Shown: one piece after another, positions 31,628 through 39,331 of the stretch | Layout: every line of letters begins with the position of its first letter | How positions within the stretch are numbered: position 1 is the first letter of the stretch | NCBI GenBank assembly: GCA_964635815.1 | Contig: CAZWQH010000003.1 | Location: forward strand, 1 to 41,514 | DNA from: an uncultured Sandaracinaceae bacterium | GTDB lineage: Bacteria > Myxococcota_A > Polyangia > Polyangiales > JADJQN01 | Reading direction: 5' to 3' | Length of the DNA: 41,514 nt | Made by a program: the position numbers and the translations under genes | The notes under the pieces: generated by a model | Databases searched by the model: none | Told to the model about the DNA's origin: nothing | Seen by the model: the letters and a program-made list of their open reading frames with translations, nothing else

Positions 31628-31847
31628 ACACGAGCGATGAGTGAACCCCGCGCGGCGCTATCCCTGTCAGCTCTCCGCGCCGCATGTGCGGGGTGAACGA
31701 CCCCGAGCGGCCCATCGAGCCAAAGCGAGCGCTAGCCATCGCGCACGCTCCGAATGCTGCTGCAGAAGCCACTCTCGCTGACGCGGGCAAGTAGGACTAA
31801 GGGCGTTAACGACTACTCAAACAAGACTGCTTGGGTGTTGCAACGAG

Positions 31848-32993
31848 CTAGGGGTTGGCGCGGCTGGTAGTGACTGATAGCGTTGCGGGAACGCCGGGGG
31901 CCGCGCGCGTCCGACCGGGACGGCGACCGCGACCGCCGGGTGCAGCGGCCGGTCCGCTGGGCGCGTTGTACGTCCCGACCCAGACATCGTACTGACCCAG
32001 TGCCGGACGCTCAAAATCGAGAGTTGGGTTACGGCTTCCGAAGCTATCGTCGTTGCACACCCAGCGACCGTCGGGCGTATTGATCAACAGCACAGTATCC
32101 GCGGACGACTCGTCGGTCGGCGCCACGTGAAAGCGCAGAAACGTAAACGGGTTTGCCGAGGCCGCGACCACGAATCGGAAATCCGGGCGCTGCGGGATGT
32201 AGCCGTCGTCGCAAACGCTTCCGCTCGAGGCCTCTGTGATGTGCAAGCTCTCGACGACGACCGGGTCTTGGCCTGCGTTGACGCTGAATGTGTGGAGGGT
32301 CGGATCCGGTGCGAGAGGAGCGCGCAGTACGCACGGGGATCGTCCGCCTCGACAACCCGCGTTGGTTCGATCGGACGTGGAGTCGATGCAGACCTCGCGA
32401 TTCGCGTACGTGTGACCACACATTCTCGACCCAGCGGAAGCATTCGCTGCAACTGCAGCGCTTGCCCCCCCCGCTTGCCACGCACTGGAGATGGCTCCCT
32501 CGGGATTTGCGCGGACACCAAGCTCGTAGGCGACGTCGCGGCCCTGCCGAAAGAGGCCCACCCAAACCGGGTACGAGCCTTCGCCCAACGTTACGTCGAC
32601 GCCAGGGTTGTTCGATCCCGCGCTGTCGTCGTCGCACATTGCACCGCCTGGGGTCATCACGGCGATCGTCGTGTCTTCGGCGCTGCGTGCGGCGACTCGA
32701 AGGACGCGTGGCGCGCCATGAACCACGAGAGTGTGGGTGGGCTCGAGCGACCCGTACCCGCGACATCCCGTACCAATCGATGCGTGATTGGCTTCTGCGC
32801 GGATGGTGCCGGTGCGCGTGATGAGCTCGGTCGTTCCTTCTGGAATGTCTATCGGACTCACTACTGCGAAGCGAGGCTGCGCGGCAGGACCGGGGTCGAC
32901 CCCTGTGGGTTTGAACTGCGCGCGACCGGTCCGGGGATGGAAGGACGACGCAATCAAGAGCGAAGTCACTGCAAGGTGCCAACGTGCATTCAT
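31848..32993 (-). CDS. Secreted protein with two copies of a ~110-aa C.DDS.G..NP...G.Y.VWVG module (pre-peptidase C-terminal-like?)
   Basis: ATG 32993 gives MNARWHLAVTSLLIASSFHPRTGRAQ (signal peptide). Module 1 reads ...TTIAVMTPGGAMCDDDSAGSNNPGVDVTLGEGSYPVWVG. Module 2 reads ...TVLLINTPDGRWVCNDDSFGSRNPTLDFERPALGQYDVWVG. The upstream extension to 33281 in the track is antisense to the next gene's promoter region and is unlikely. Confidence 0.6.
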   Translation of the reverse strand: MNARWHLAVTSLLIASSFHPRTGRAQFKPTGVDPGPAAQPRFAVVSPIDIPEGTTELITRTGTIRAEANHASIGTGCRGYGSLEPTHTLVVHGAPRVLRVAARSAEDTTIAVMTPGGAMCDDDSAGSNNPGVDVTLGEGSYPVWVGLFRQGRDVAYELGVRANPEGAISSAWQAGGASAAVAANASAGSRMCGHTYANREVCIDSTSDRTNAGCRGGRSPCVLRAPLAPDPTLHTFSVNAGQDPVVVESLHITEASSGSVCDDGYIPQRPDFRFVVAASANPFTFLRFHVAPTDESSADTVLLINTPDGRWVCNDDSFGSRNPTLDFERPALGQYDVWVGTYNAPSGPAAAPGGRGRRPGRTRAAPGVPATLSVTTSRANP

Positions 32994-33101
32994 GACGGTG
33001 AGAGTGTACACGATCAGGACTCCTGTGCCGCGGCCCCATGGGGTTGCTTTAAGCCACGCGTTCACCCAGCTCGGCAGAGGTGCGGCCCTCGAGAGACGTT
33101 C

Positions 33102-33896
33102 ATGGACTACGCAATATTCCGTCGATTCCCTCAGCGTCCCTTGATTTACGGCCACCGAGGCGCAAGCGCGGTCGAGCCTGAGAACACCATGCGAGCGTTC
33201 GAGCGCGCGTTTCGTGATGGTGCAGACGGTGTCGAGTGCGACGTGAGGCTGACTTCGGGCGGTGAGGTCATCGTTCTGCACGACGTAGACACGCTGCGCG
33301 TTGCCGGCACGAGCGTGCGTGCTCGAACGGCCTCGCTGGCCGACCTACGTCGGATCGACGTGGGAACCGGTGAGCGCATTCCACTTCTCGCCGATCTTCT
33401 GGACCTGGCCTCCGCGCGCGGTGGTCTCGTCAACGTCGAGCTCAAGGGTGACGACGTCAACAGGGCTGCTTTGGTACGAGCGACGATGCAGGTCGTGCGG
33501 GACTCCAAGGCCATGAAAGCTCGCGTCCTCTACTCGACGTTCGACGTAGCCATGTTTCTCATGCTTCGCGCTGCGCGTGTCGCGACCGCCCAAGCTGCGC
33601 CTGTCGGACTTCTTCTTGAGACCTCTTCTGCCGAACGATTTGCGCGACGTGGATGGATGAAGGCGATTTCACCGAACGCCGTACATCCCCCCCATCACGC
33701 GCTGAGCGCGAGCTTCGCGTCACGCATCAAGAGCACCGGCGCGGTGCTCAACGTTTGGACCGTGGATGCAACCGCCGATCTGCTTCGCATGAACGAGCTT
33801 GGCGTGGACGGAGTGGTCTCAAACGACGTTCTGCACGCTAGAACGGTGCTGGGTCCGGGCACGGTCCGAACTTCGGGGCCCGTTTCTGGCGGCTAG
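33102..33896 (+). CDS. Glycerophosphodiester phosphodiesterase (GDPD family)
   Basis: MDYAIFRRFPQRPLIYGHRGASAVEPENTMRAFERAFRDGADGVECDVRLTSGGEVIVLHD carries the GDPD HR...E.T and E.D motifs. ATG 33102 lies inside the 589-aa track ORF, whose first 325 codons are antisense to the previous gene. Confidence 0.85.
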   Translation: MDYAIFRRFPQRPLIYGHRGASAVEPENTMRAFERAFRDGADGVECDVRLTSGGEVIVLHDVDTLRVAGTSVRARTASLADLRRIDVGTGERIPLLADLLDLASARGGLVNVELKGDDVNRAALVRATMQVVRDSKAMKARVLYSTFDVAMFLMLRAARVATAQAAPVGLLLETSSAERFARRGWMKAISPNAVHPPHHALSASFASRIKSTGAVLNVWTVDATADLLRMNELGVDGVVSNDVLHARTVLGPGTVRTSGPVSGG

Positions 33897-33945
33897 AACG
33901 AACGCGCCGCCTTGTTTCTGGCGGCTAGAACGAACGCGCCGCGTT
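33882..33945 (+). repeat. 32-bp tandem duplication (2 copies, 31/32 identical) spanning the GDPD stop codon
   Basis: GTTTCTGGCGGCTAGAACGAACGCGCCGC(C/G)TT appears at 33882-33913 and 33914-33945. Confidence 0.9.
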
Positions 33946-33962
33946 GAGTATGCTACGCGCTC

Positions 33963-35768
33963 ATGCCTTCCTTGACGTGGATGGTCCCAACAGGTCAGCC
34001 GCGACCATTCGCTGTTTACAAAAACGTGACGAGTATCGGCAGTGGCCTCGGTAACGACGTTGCTGTCGATTCCAAAGGGGTCGCCGAGTTCCATGCGCAG
34101 CTCGTGTTCGATGGGAAGGAGTTCAACCTCGAAGAGGTCGACCGCGTCGGCGAGATCTTGCTCAACGGCAAGAAGAAGCGTCGCGGGCGAGTCATCCACG
34201 GCGACCGCATCACGGTCGGCGATGCGGAGCTCGCATTCAGCATCTTCGACATCCCGATGCACGATTCGAACGAGGACGCTGCCTCAGCTCCCGCAAACGA
34301 TCTGAACGGTCTGCGGAAGCTCTTCGACTTCAGTCAGAGCTTGATGATGACGGGCTCCGTCGAGGGCCTTCTGGAGCGCCTTCTCGATTCGGTGATCGAA
34401 GTCACGCACGCGGACAAAGGCTTCTTGATTCTACTCAGAGATGGCGAGCCAAGAGTCACCGTGGCGCGGAACTTGAGTCAGGGAAACCTTCCCGATGGCG
34501 TGAAGCATCTGTCAGACAGCATTCTCCAACGCGTGATCGAAACGCGCCGTCCTCTGATCGTCAGCGATGCCCTTCATGACACGGTCTGGAAGACGAGCGA
34601 GAGCGTCATGAACCTGCAGCTGGTCTCTGTCATGTGCGCACCTCTGGTGGCTCAGGGCGATCTGCTTGGCGTCCTGTATGTTGGAAACGATCGCGTCGTG
34701 AATCTTTTCGAGGAAACGAGCCTCGACGTCTTCACGGTCTTTGCGGGACAGGCCTCGCTAATTCTTCAGAACGCGCTTCTCCTCGATCAGGTCAAGACGG
34801 ATCGCGACGAGCTCAAGTCACAGCTCGAGCGCCAGCAGTTTGGAGACATCGTAGGCGCATGCGCGCCCATGCTCGAGGTCTATCGAAAGGTCGAGAAGGT
34901 CGCGACGACCGACATCAACGTGCTCATTACCGGCGAAACGGGAACCGGAAAGGAGCTCATCGCGCGCGAGATTCACCGTCGCAGTCCGCGCGCGAAGGGG
35001 CCGTTCGTCGTCGTGAACTGCGGGGCAATTCCCGAGAACCTCATGGAGTCCGAGCTCTTCGGACACGTCCGCGGTGCGTTTACCGGCGCGGTCGCGACGC
35101 GCATCGGAAAGTTTCAAGCCGCCAATCTTGGGACTCTCTTTCTCGACGAGATTGGTGAGCTCCCCCTCGCTCTGCAAGTGAAGTTGCTTCGCGCTCTTCA
35201 GGAGCGCGAGATCACCAAAGTCGGTGACTCAAAGTCGGAGCGGATCGACATCCGAGTGGTCGCGGCTACGAATCGCGATCTCGACGCCGAGGTGAAGAAG
35301 GGAGCGTTCCGCGAAGACCTCTTCTATCGTCTCAACGTCGTCAATCTACACTTGCCACCGCTGCGTGAGCGCGGCGACGACGTTCTTGTGCTGGCGAAGT
35401 ACACGCTAGACAAGACTGCGCGCGAGCTGAACTCGCAGGTGAAAGGCTTCACCCCGAATGCCCTCGCGGCGGTGCGTCGGTACGAATGGCCGGGCAACGT
35501 TCGTCAGCTCGAGAATCGGATCAAGAAGGCGATCGTTCTCTGCGAGAAGACCTTGCTAGGAACGGAAGATCTCGAGCTTATGCCCGAGGTGCTCCAGCCG
35601 ATTATGTCTCTCACGCAAGCGCGCGAAGACTTTCAGCGTCGCTACATTGCAGACGTCCTCGAACGCAACGGTGGCAATCGCACGAAAACGGCGCGCGATC
35701 TCGGCGTCGATCCACGCACCATCTTTCGTTACCTTGAGCGCGACGGCGACATCGAAACGCCCGAGTGA
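33963..35768 (+). CDS. Sigma-54-dependent transcriptional activator with FHA and GAF sensor domains
   Basis: FHA-like N-terminus (...VTSIGSGLGNDVAVDSKGVAEFHAQLVFDG...NGKK...L..GD.I.VG). GAF-like middle. AAA+ core GETGTGKELIAREIH, the GAFTGA loop (HVRGAFTGAV), and ...LFLDEIGELPL...LLRALQE. C-terminal Fis-type HTH NRTKTARDLGVDPRTIFRYL. Confidence 0.9.
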   Translation: MPSLTWMVPTGQPRPFAVYKNVTSIGSGLGNDVAVDSKGVAEFHAQLVFDGKEFNLEEVDRVGEILLNGKKKRRGRVIHGDRITVGDAELAFSIFDIPMHDSNEDAASAPANDLNGLRKLFDFSQSLMMTGSVEGLLERLLDSVIEVTHADKGFLILLRDGEPRVTVARNLSQGNLPDGVKHLSDSILQRVIETRRPLIVSDALHDTVWKTSESVMNLQLVSVMCAPLVAQGDLLGVLYVGNDRVVNLFEETSLDVFTVFAGQASLILQNALLLDQVKTDRDELKSQLERQQFGDIVGACAPMLEVYRKVEKVATTDINVLITGETGTGKELIAREIHRRSPRAKGPFVVVNCGAIPENLMESELFGHVRGAFTGAVATRIGKFQAANLGTLFLDEIGELPLALQVKLLRALQEREITKVGDSKSERIDIRVVAATNRDLDAEVKKGAFREDLFYRLNVVNLHLPPLRERGDDVLVLAKYTLDKTARELNSQVKGFTPNALAAVRRYEWPGNVRQLENRIKKAIVLCEKTLLGTEDLELMPEVLQPIMSLTQAREDFQRRYIADVLERNGGNRTKTARDLGVDPRTIFRYLERDGDIETPE

Positions 35769-35769
35769 A

Positions 35770-37209
35770 TCAAGCTGCCGCGGCGCGAGTGGCAGCAGCA
35801 GAAAGCCGCTTCAAACTCTCTTCACGCCCGAGCACTTCCATGACTTCGTAGAGTCCTGGGCTCTGCGATCGTCCCGTGAGCGCGACGCGCGCGGGCTGCG
35901 CCACATCTTTGAGGGCGAGTCCGGACTCGGTCAGCCACGCAGTAACCTTGGCTTCGAGAGCCGCGCGATCGAACGGCTCGACCGTTCCGATCTGCTCCGC
36001 CAGTCCGGTGAGGTGCGTAGCGTTTGCGGGGACAAGGAACTTGGTTGACGCCTTTTCGTCGAAGACGATCGCATCGCGGAAGTAGAAGTCACAGCCGTCG
36101 GCGACTTCGATGAACGTCTGCGCGCGTGTTCGAACCGTTCCCACTGCTGCAATGAGCTTCGGCCCGAGTGTCACGGACAACCCTCGTGCTGCGAAGAACG
36201 GAAGCGCGCGTGTTGCGACGTCTTCATCCGTAAGCTTTCGAAGGTGCTCGCTCTGAACGTGCAGGAACTTCTTTACGTCGTATCGACCGGCGGTGTGCCC
36301 GCAAGATTCCCAGTTGAAGAGCTCGATGAGCTCCTTGCGCGAAAAGATCTCTTGATCGCCGTGAGACCAACCCAGACGCGCCAGGTAATTGAGCACGGAG
36401 TCAGGCAGGTAGCCTGCATCGCGATACTCGAGGGCACTGACAGCAGCGTGCCGCTTGCTCAGCTTTTCGCCATTGGGCGCGAGGATCATCGGCAAATGCG
36501 CGAATCGCGGAGTTGGAAAACCAAACGCTTGATACAGCAGGATCTGAATCGGGGTGTTCACGACGTGATCATCGCCACGCGCGACGAGGTTTATGTTCAT
36601 CGTCACGTCGTCGACGACCGCGCCAAAGTTGTAGAGCGGAACGCCGTCCTTTCGAACGAGGATCACGTCTTGTTGCGCGCTATTCGGAACGTCGATTCGG
36701 CCTTTCACCAAATCGATCCAACCCGTAGAGCCTGACTCGGGCGCCCGAAGGCGGACGACGAAGGGGAGCTCAGGGCGATCGGACCGGCTACGACACTTTC
36801 CGGGGTATCGCCACGCCTGCTTCGAGCCCGTCTTCTCGTGCTCGGCGCGCATCGCGTCGAGGTCTTCCTTGGTGCAGTAGCAACGATATGCGTGGCCCGC
36901 GCGGATGAGTTTTTCGGAGTATTCCGCGTACGTCGCAAGACGTTCGGTCTGCGAATACGGCCCGTGGGGACCACCGACTTCTGGCCCTTCGTCCCAGTCG
37001 AGTCCGAGCCATCGCATCGAGTCCAAGATCGCCTGCACACTGGCTTGCGTGCTGCGTTCGCGGTCCGTGTCCTCGATTCGGAGCACGAAGACGCCGCCCT
37101 TCTGCCGGGCCCACAACCAATTGAACAGGGCCGTACGCGCACCTCCAATGTGTAGGTAGCCCGTGGGGGAAGGGGCGAAACGAACGCGGGGAGCGGTATC
37201 CCAAGTCAT
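35770..37209 (-). CDS. gltX: Glutamate--tRNA ligase
   Basis: RVRFAPSPTGYLHIGGARTALFNWL (HIGH-type motif), VLRIEDTD, KLSKRH (KMSKS-type motif). Length 479 aa. Confidence 0.92.
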   Translation of the reverse strand: MTWDTAPRVRFAPSPTGYLHIGGARTALFNWLWARQKGGVFVLRIEDTDRERSTQASVQAILDSMRWLGLDWDEGPEVGGPHGPYSQTERLATYAEYSEKLIRAGHAYRCYCTKEDLDAMRAEHEKTGSKQAWRYPGKCRSRSDRPELPFVVRLRAPESGSTGWIDLVKGRIDVPNSAQQDVILVRKDGVPLYNFGAVVDDVTMNINLVARGDDHVVNTPIQILLYQAFGFPTPRFAHLPMILAPNGEKLSKRHAAVSALEYRDAGYLPDSVLNYLARLGWSHGDQEIFSRKELIELFNWESCGHTAGRYDVKKFLHVQSEHLRKLTDEDVATRALPFFAARGLSVTLGPKLIAAVGTVRTRAQTFIEVADGCDFYFRDAIVFDEKASTKFLVPANATHLTGLAEQIGTVEPFDRAALEAKVTAWLTESGLALKDVAQPARVALTGRSQSPGLYEVMEVLGREESLKRLSAAATRAAAA

Positions 37210-37240
37210 GGGCGAGCGGTACTTGGCTCTACCCGGGTCG

Positions 37241-37873
37241 TCAATACGGTACGTACGCTGCGCGCGGAGTCTCTACGAACTCGAGCACGGAAGGCCGCTG
37301 CCATTGGTGGACCGCGTACTGGCGCACGTTCTCGTCGATGTTCTCACCGTTCAAGATGAGTCGGTGCAGCATCCAAGAAAGCTCAGAATCCACGATGCTC
37401 CACTCGCCGAACAGGTGAGGTCCGCTCGCTGGAAGTAGATCACGTGTCACACGAATCAGGTTGTCGCGCGCTTCCTTGCCTCCGACGCTGAGCTCGCTCG
37501 TGGCTCTCGAATAGAACATCGTGTTCGTCGGGCGCTCCTCGCGAAGCGCCATCAAGTCGCTCCGCAGCCACGCCATGATCTGACGCGCACGCGCGCGATC
37601 CTTCGGGGCCTTCGGGAGGAGCGGTGCTCCTGCAAATGTCTCGTCGACATACTCCACGATCGCGCTGGACTCGGTGATCGTGAAGCCGTCGTGGTCGAGC
37701 ATAGGAACCCGACCTGTTCCGCTGGCTGCGCGGAAGGCGATCGTGCGCTGCTCATGCAGATGCAGGGCTACAGGAACGACTTCGAATTCGACCTTCTTTT
37801 CCCGCAGAGCAACGTACGTCGAGAAGAAGTACGGGCTGATCCAGAACGCATCACCATAGATTTTTAGCGACAC
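37241..37873 (-). CDS. Glutathione S-transferase family protein
   Basis: VSLKIYGDAFWISPYFFSTYVALREKKVEFEVV...GRVPMLDHDGFTITESSAIVEYV is a thioredoxin-like GST N-domain followed by a helical C-domain. Start GTG 37873 or GTG 37888. The rest of the 520-aa track ORF is antisense to the M16 gene. Confidence 0.75.
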   Translation of the reverse strand: MSLKIYGDAFWISPYFFSTYVALREKKVEFEVVPVALHLHEQRTIAFRAASGTGRVPMLDHDGFTITESSAIVEYVDETFAGAPLLPKAPKDRARARQIMAWLRSDLMALREERPTNTMFYSRATSELSVGGKEARDNLIRVTRDLLPASGPHLFGEWSIVDSELSWMLHRLILNGENIDENVRQYAVHQWQRPSVLEFVETPRAAYVPY

Positions 37874-37978
37874 TGGTTTTAGCGACACGCCTGGTTCGTT
37901 GCACACAAGGTATCGATGTTCCAGGCGCCCTTGAGGGCGATGCTCGTGATAGGGTGCCCGCCGGCACGTCCGAACAAT

Positions 37979-39331
37979 ATGAAGACAAAACGCGCAACCA
38001 CGTTCGTGGAAACGATCCCCTTTGGAGACCACTTCGAGGTCGAGCGTCATCGATTCGAGAACGGGCTGACCGCTCTGATCATGACCGACCGGTCTGCTCC
38101 AGTGATCAGCTATCAGACCTGGTACCGGGTCGGGTCGCGTCATGAAAAACGCGGGAAGACAGGCCTGGCGCATCTCTTCGAGCACCTGATGTTCAACGAG
38201 ACGAAGAGCTTGCCGCGCGGCGAGTTCGACCGGTTGCTCGAGAGCGCGGGCGGGGAGACGAACGCGGCTACCTGGGTCGATTGGACGTACTACTACGAGA
38301 ATGTCCCCAGAGAAGAAATCGGGTTGGTGGTCCGTCTCGAAGCGGACCGGATGACCAATCTCGTGCTTCGTGACCCACAGGTGAAGAGCGAGAAAGAGGT
38401 CGTCGCAAACGAACGCCGCTTTCGCGTAGACGACGAAGTCGAAGGCTCGGTAAACGAGCTCCTCTACAAAACCGCGTTCACCAAGCACCCGTACCACTGG
38501 CCGACAATTGGGTGGATGGCGGACATCGAGCGATTTACAACGGCCGATTGCCGTGAGTTCTACGGTACGTACTACGCCCCGAACAACGCCGTGGTCGTCA
38601 TGGTTGGCGACATCACCGTCGACGAAGCGCTGAAAATTCTTCACAGCCGGTACGACGCAATCGGATCGTCGAAGATTCCTCGCGAGAGGGTCGTCCACGA
38701 ACCGCCGCAGACCAAAGAGCGGATCGTGCGGATTCGTAAGCCGACGCAGACACAGAAACTTCAGCTCGGCTATCGGGCGCCTGCGTTTGGTGAGCGAAAG
38801 CACGCGATTCTCTCTGTGGCGAACGAGATCTTGTTCGGCGGCCGGAGCTCACGCCTTGTGCGAGCGCTCGTTACGGAGGGCGAAGTCGCCGCGGAAGCGC
38901 GCGGAAGTGTGGCCCCGTCGGAGCTCCCCGGGCTGTACGAAATCTGGGTCTCCATGCGCGACAGGCACACAGCCAACGAAGCACTGGCGATCATCGATGC
39001 GGAGTTCGAGCGGCTTGCCAGCTCGTTGGTAAAGCCAAGCGAGCTCGAAAAGGTGAAGAACCGCATGGAGCTTGGGTTCTTGCAGGGACTCGAAACCGCC
39101 AGCGGCAAGGCCGAGCAGATAGGCTTCTACGAGGTTGTCACGGGTGATCCGCGGCGCGTGTTCGAGCGTGTCGAAGCGATGCGTTCCGTGACTCGGGACG
39201 AAATCCGGTCGGCTGTTGCCAACCTATTGGTCCCTCGTGCGCGTACTCGGATTCACGTGGAGCCAAATGCCCCGGTGCGCGCGAAGGCGGACGGTTCGAA
39301 ATCAGGAAAGAGTGCAACCCGTGCCGCGTAA
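37979..39331 (+). CDS. M16-family (pitrilysin/insulinase) zinc peptidase, active subunit
   Basis: Inverted zincin motif GLAHLFEHLMFNETK (HxxEH), downstream ...NAATWVDWTYY. ATG 37979 (MKTKRATTF...). Confidence 0.88.
   Translation: MKTKRATTFVETIPFGDHFEVERHRFENGLTALIMTDRSAPVISYQTWYRVGSRHEKRGKTGLAHLFEHLMFNETKSLPRGEFDRLLESAGGETNAATWVDWTYYYENVPREEIGLVVRLEADRMTNLVLRDPQVKSEKEVVANERRFRVDDEVEGSVNELLYKTAFTKHPYHWPTIGWMADIERFTTADCREFYGTYYAPNNAVVVMVGDITVDEALKILHSRYDAIGSSKIPRERVVHEPPQTKERIVRIRKPTQTQKLQLGYRAPAFGERKHAILSVANEILFGGRSSRLVRALVTEGEVAAEARGSVAPSELPGLYEIWVSMRDRHTANEALAIIDAEFERLASSLVKPSELEKVKNRMELGFLQGLETASGKAEQIGFYEVVTGDPRRVFERVEAMRSVTRDEIRSAVANLLVPRARTRIHVEPNAPVRAKADGSKSGKSATRAA

Noticed and set aside
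31234-31640. ORFs 31238..31615 (+), 31234..31608 (-), 31410..31640 (+) and 31329..31532 (-) in the 670-bp gap
   Set aside because: All are Arg/Pro/Gly-rich with no domain signature and no RBS. GC3 of 31410..31640 is about 69% by my count, not higher than bulk sequence. The PIG-x5-PIG pattern is a by-product of the palindrome arms. I keep the possibility open only as a note in the findings.
33034-33043. 10-bp palindrome CCCCATGGGG in the divergent promoter region 32994-33101; similar short palindromes GATCGCGATC near 18787 and CTCCGGAG at 6949
   Set aside because: Tens of 10-bp palindromes are expected by chance in 41 kb, and there is no second copy or partner motif.
32127-33101. N-terminal 325 codons of the 589-aa + ORF 32127..33896
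   Set aside because: This part is antisense to the secreted duplicated-module gene and reads as Arg-rich nonsense. The GDPD homology begins only at ATG 33102.
37874-38803. Upstream extension of the minus ORF 37241..38803
   Set aside because: It is antisense to the M16 peptidase gene. GST similarity begins at VSLKIYGD (GTG 37873).
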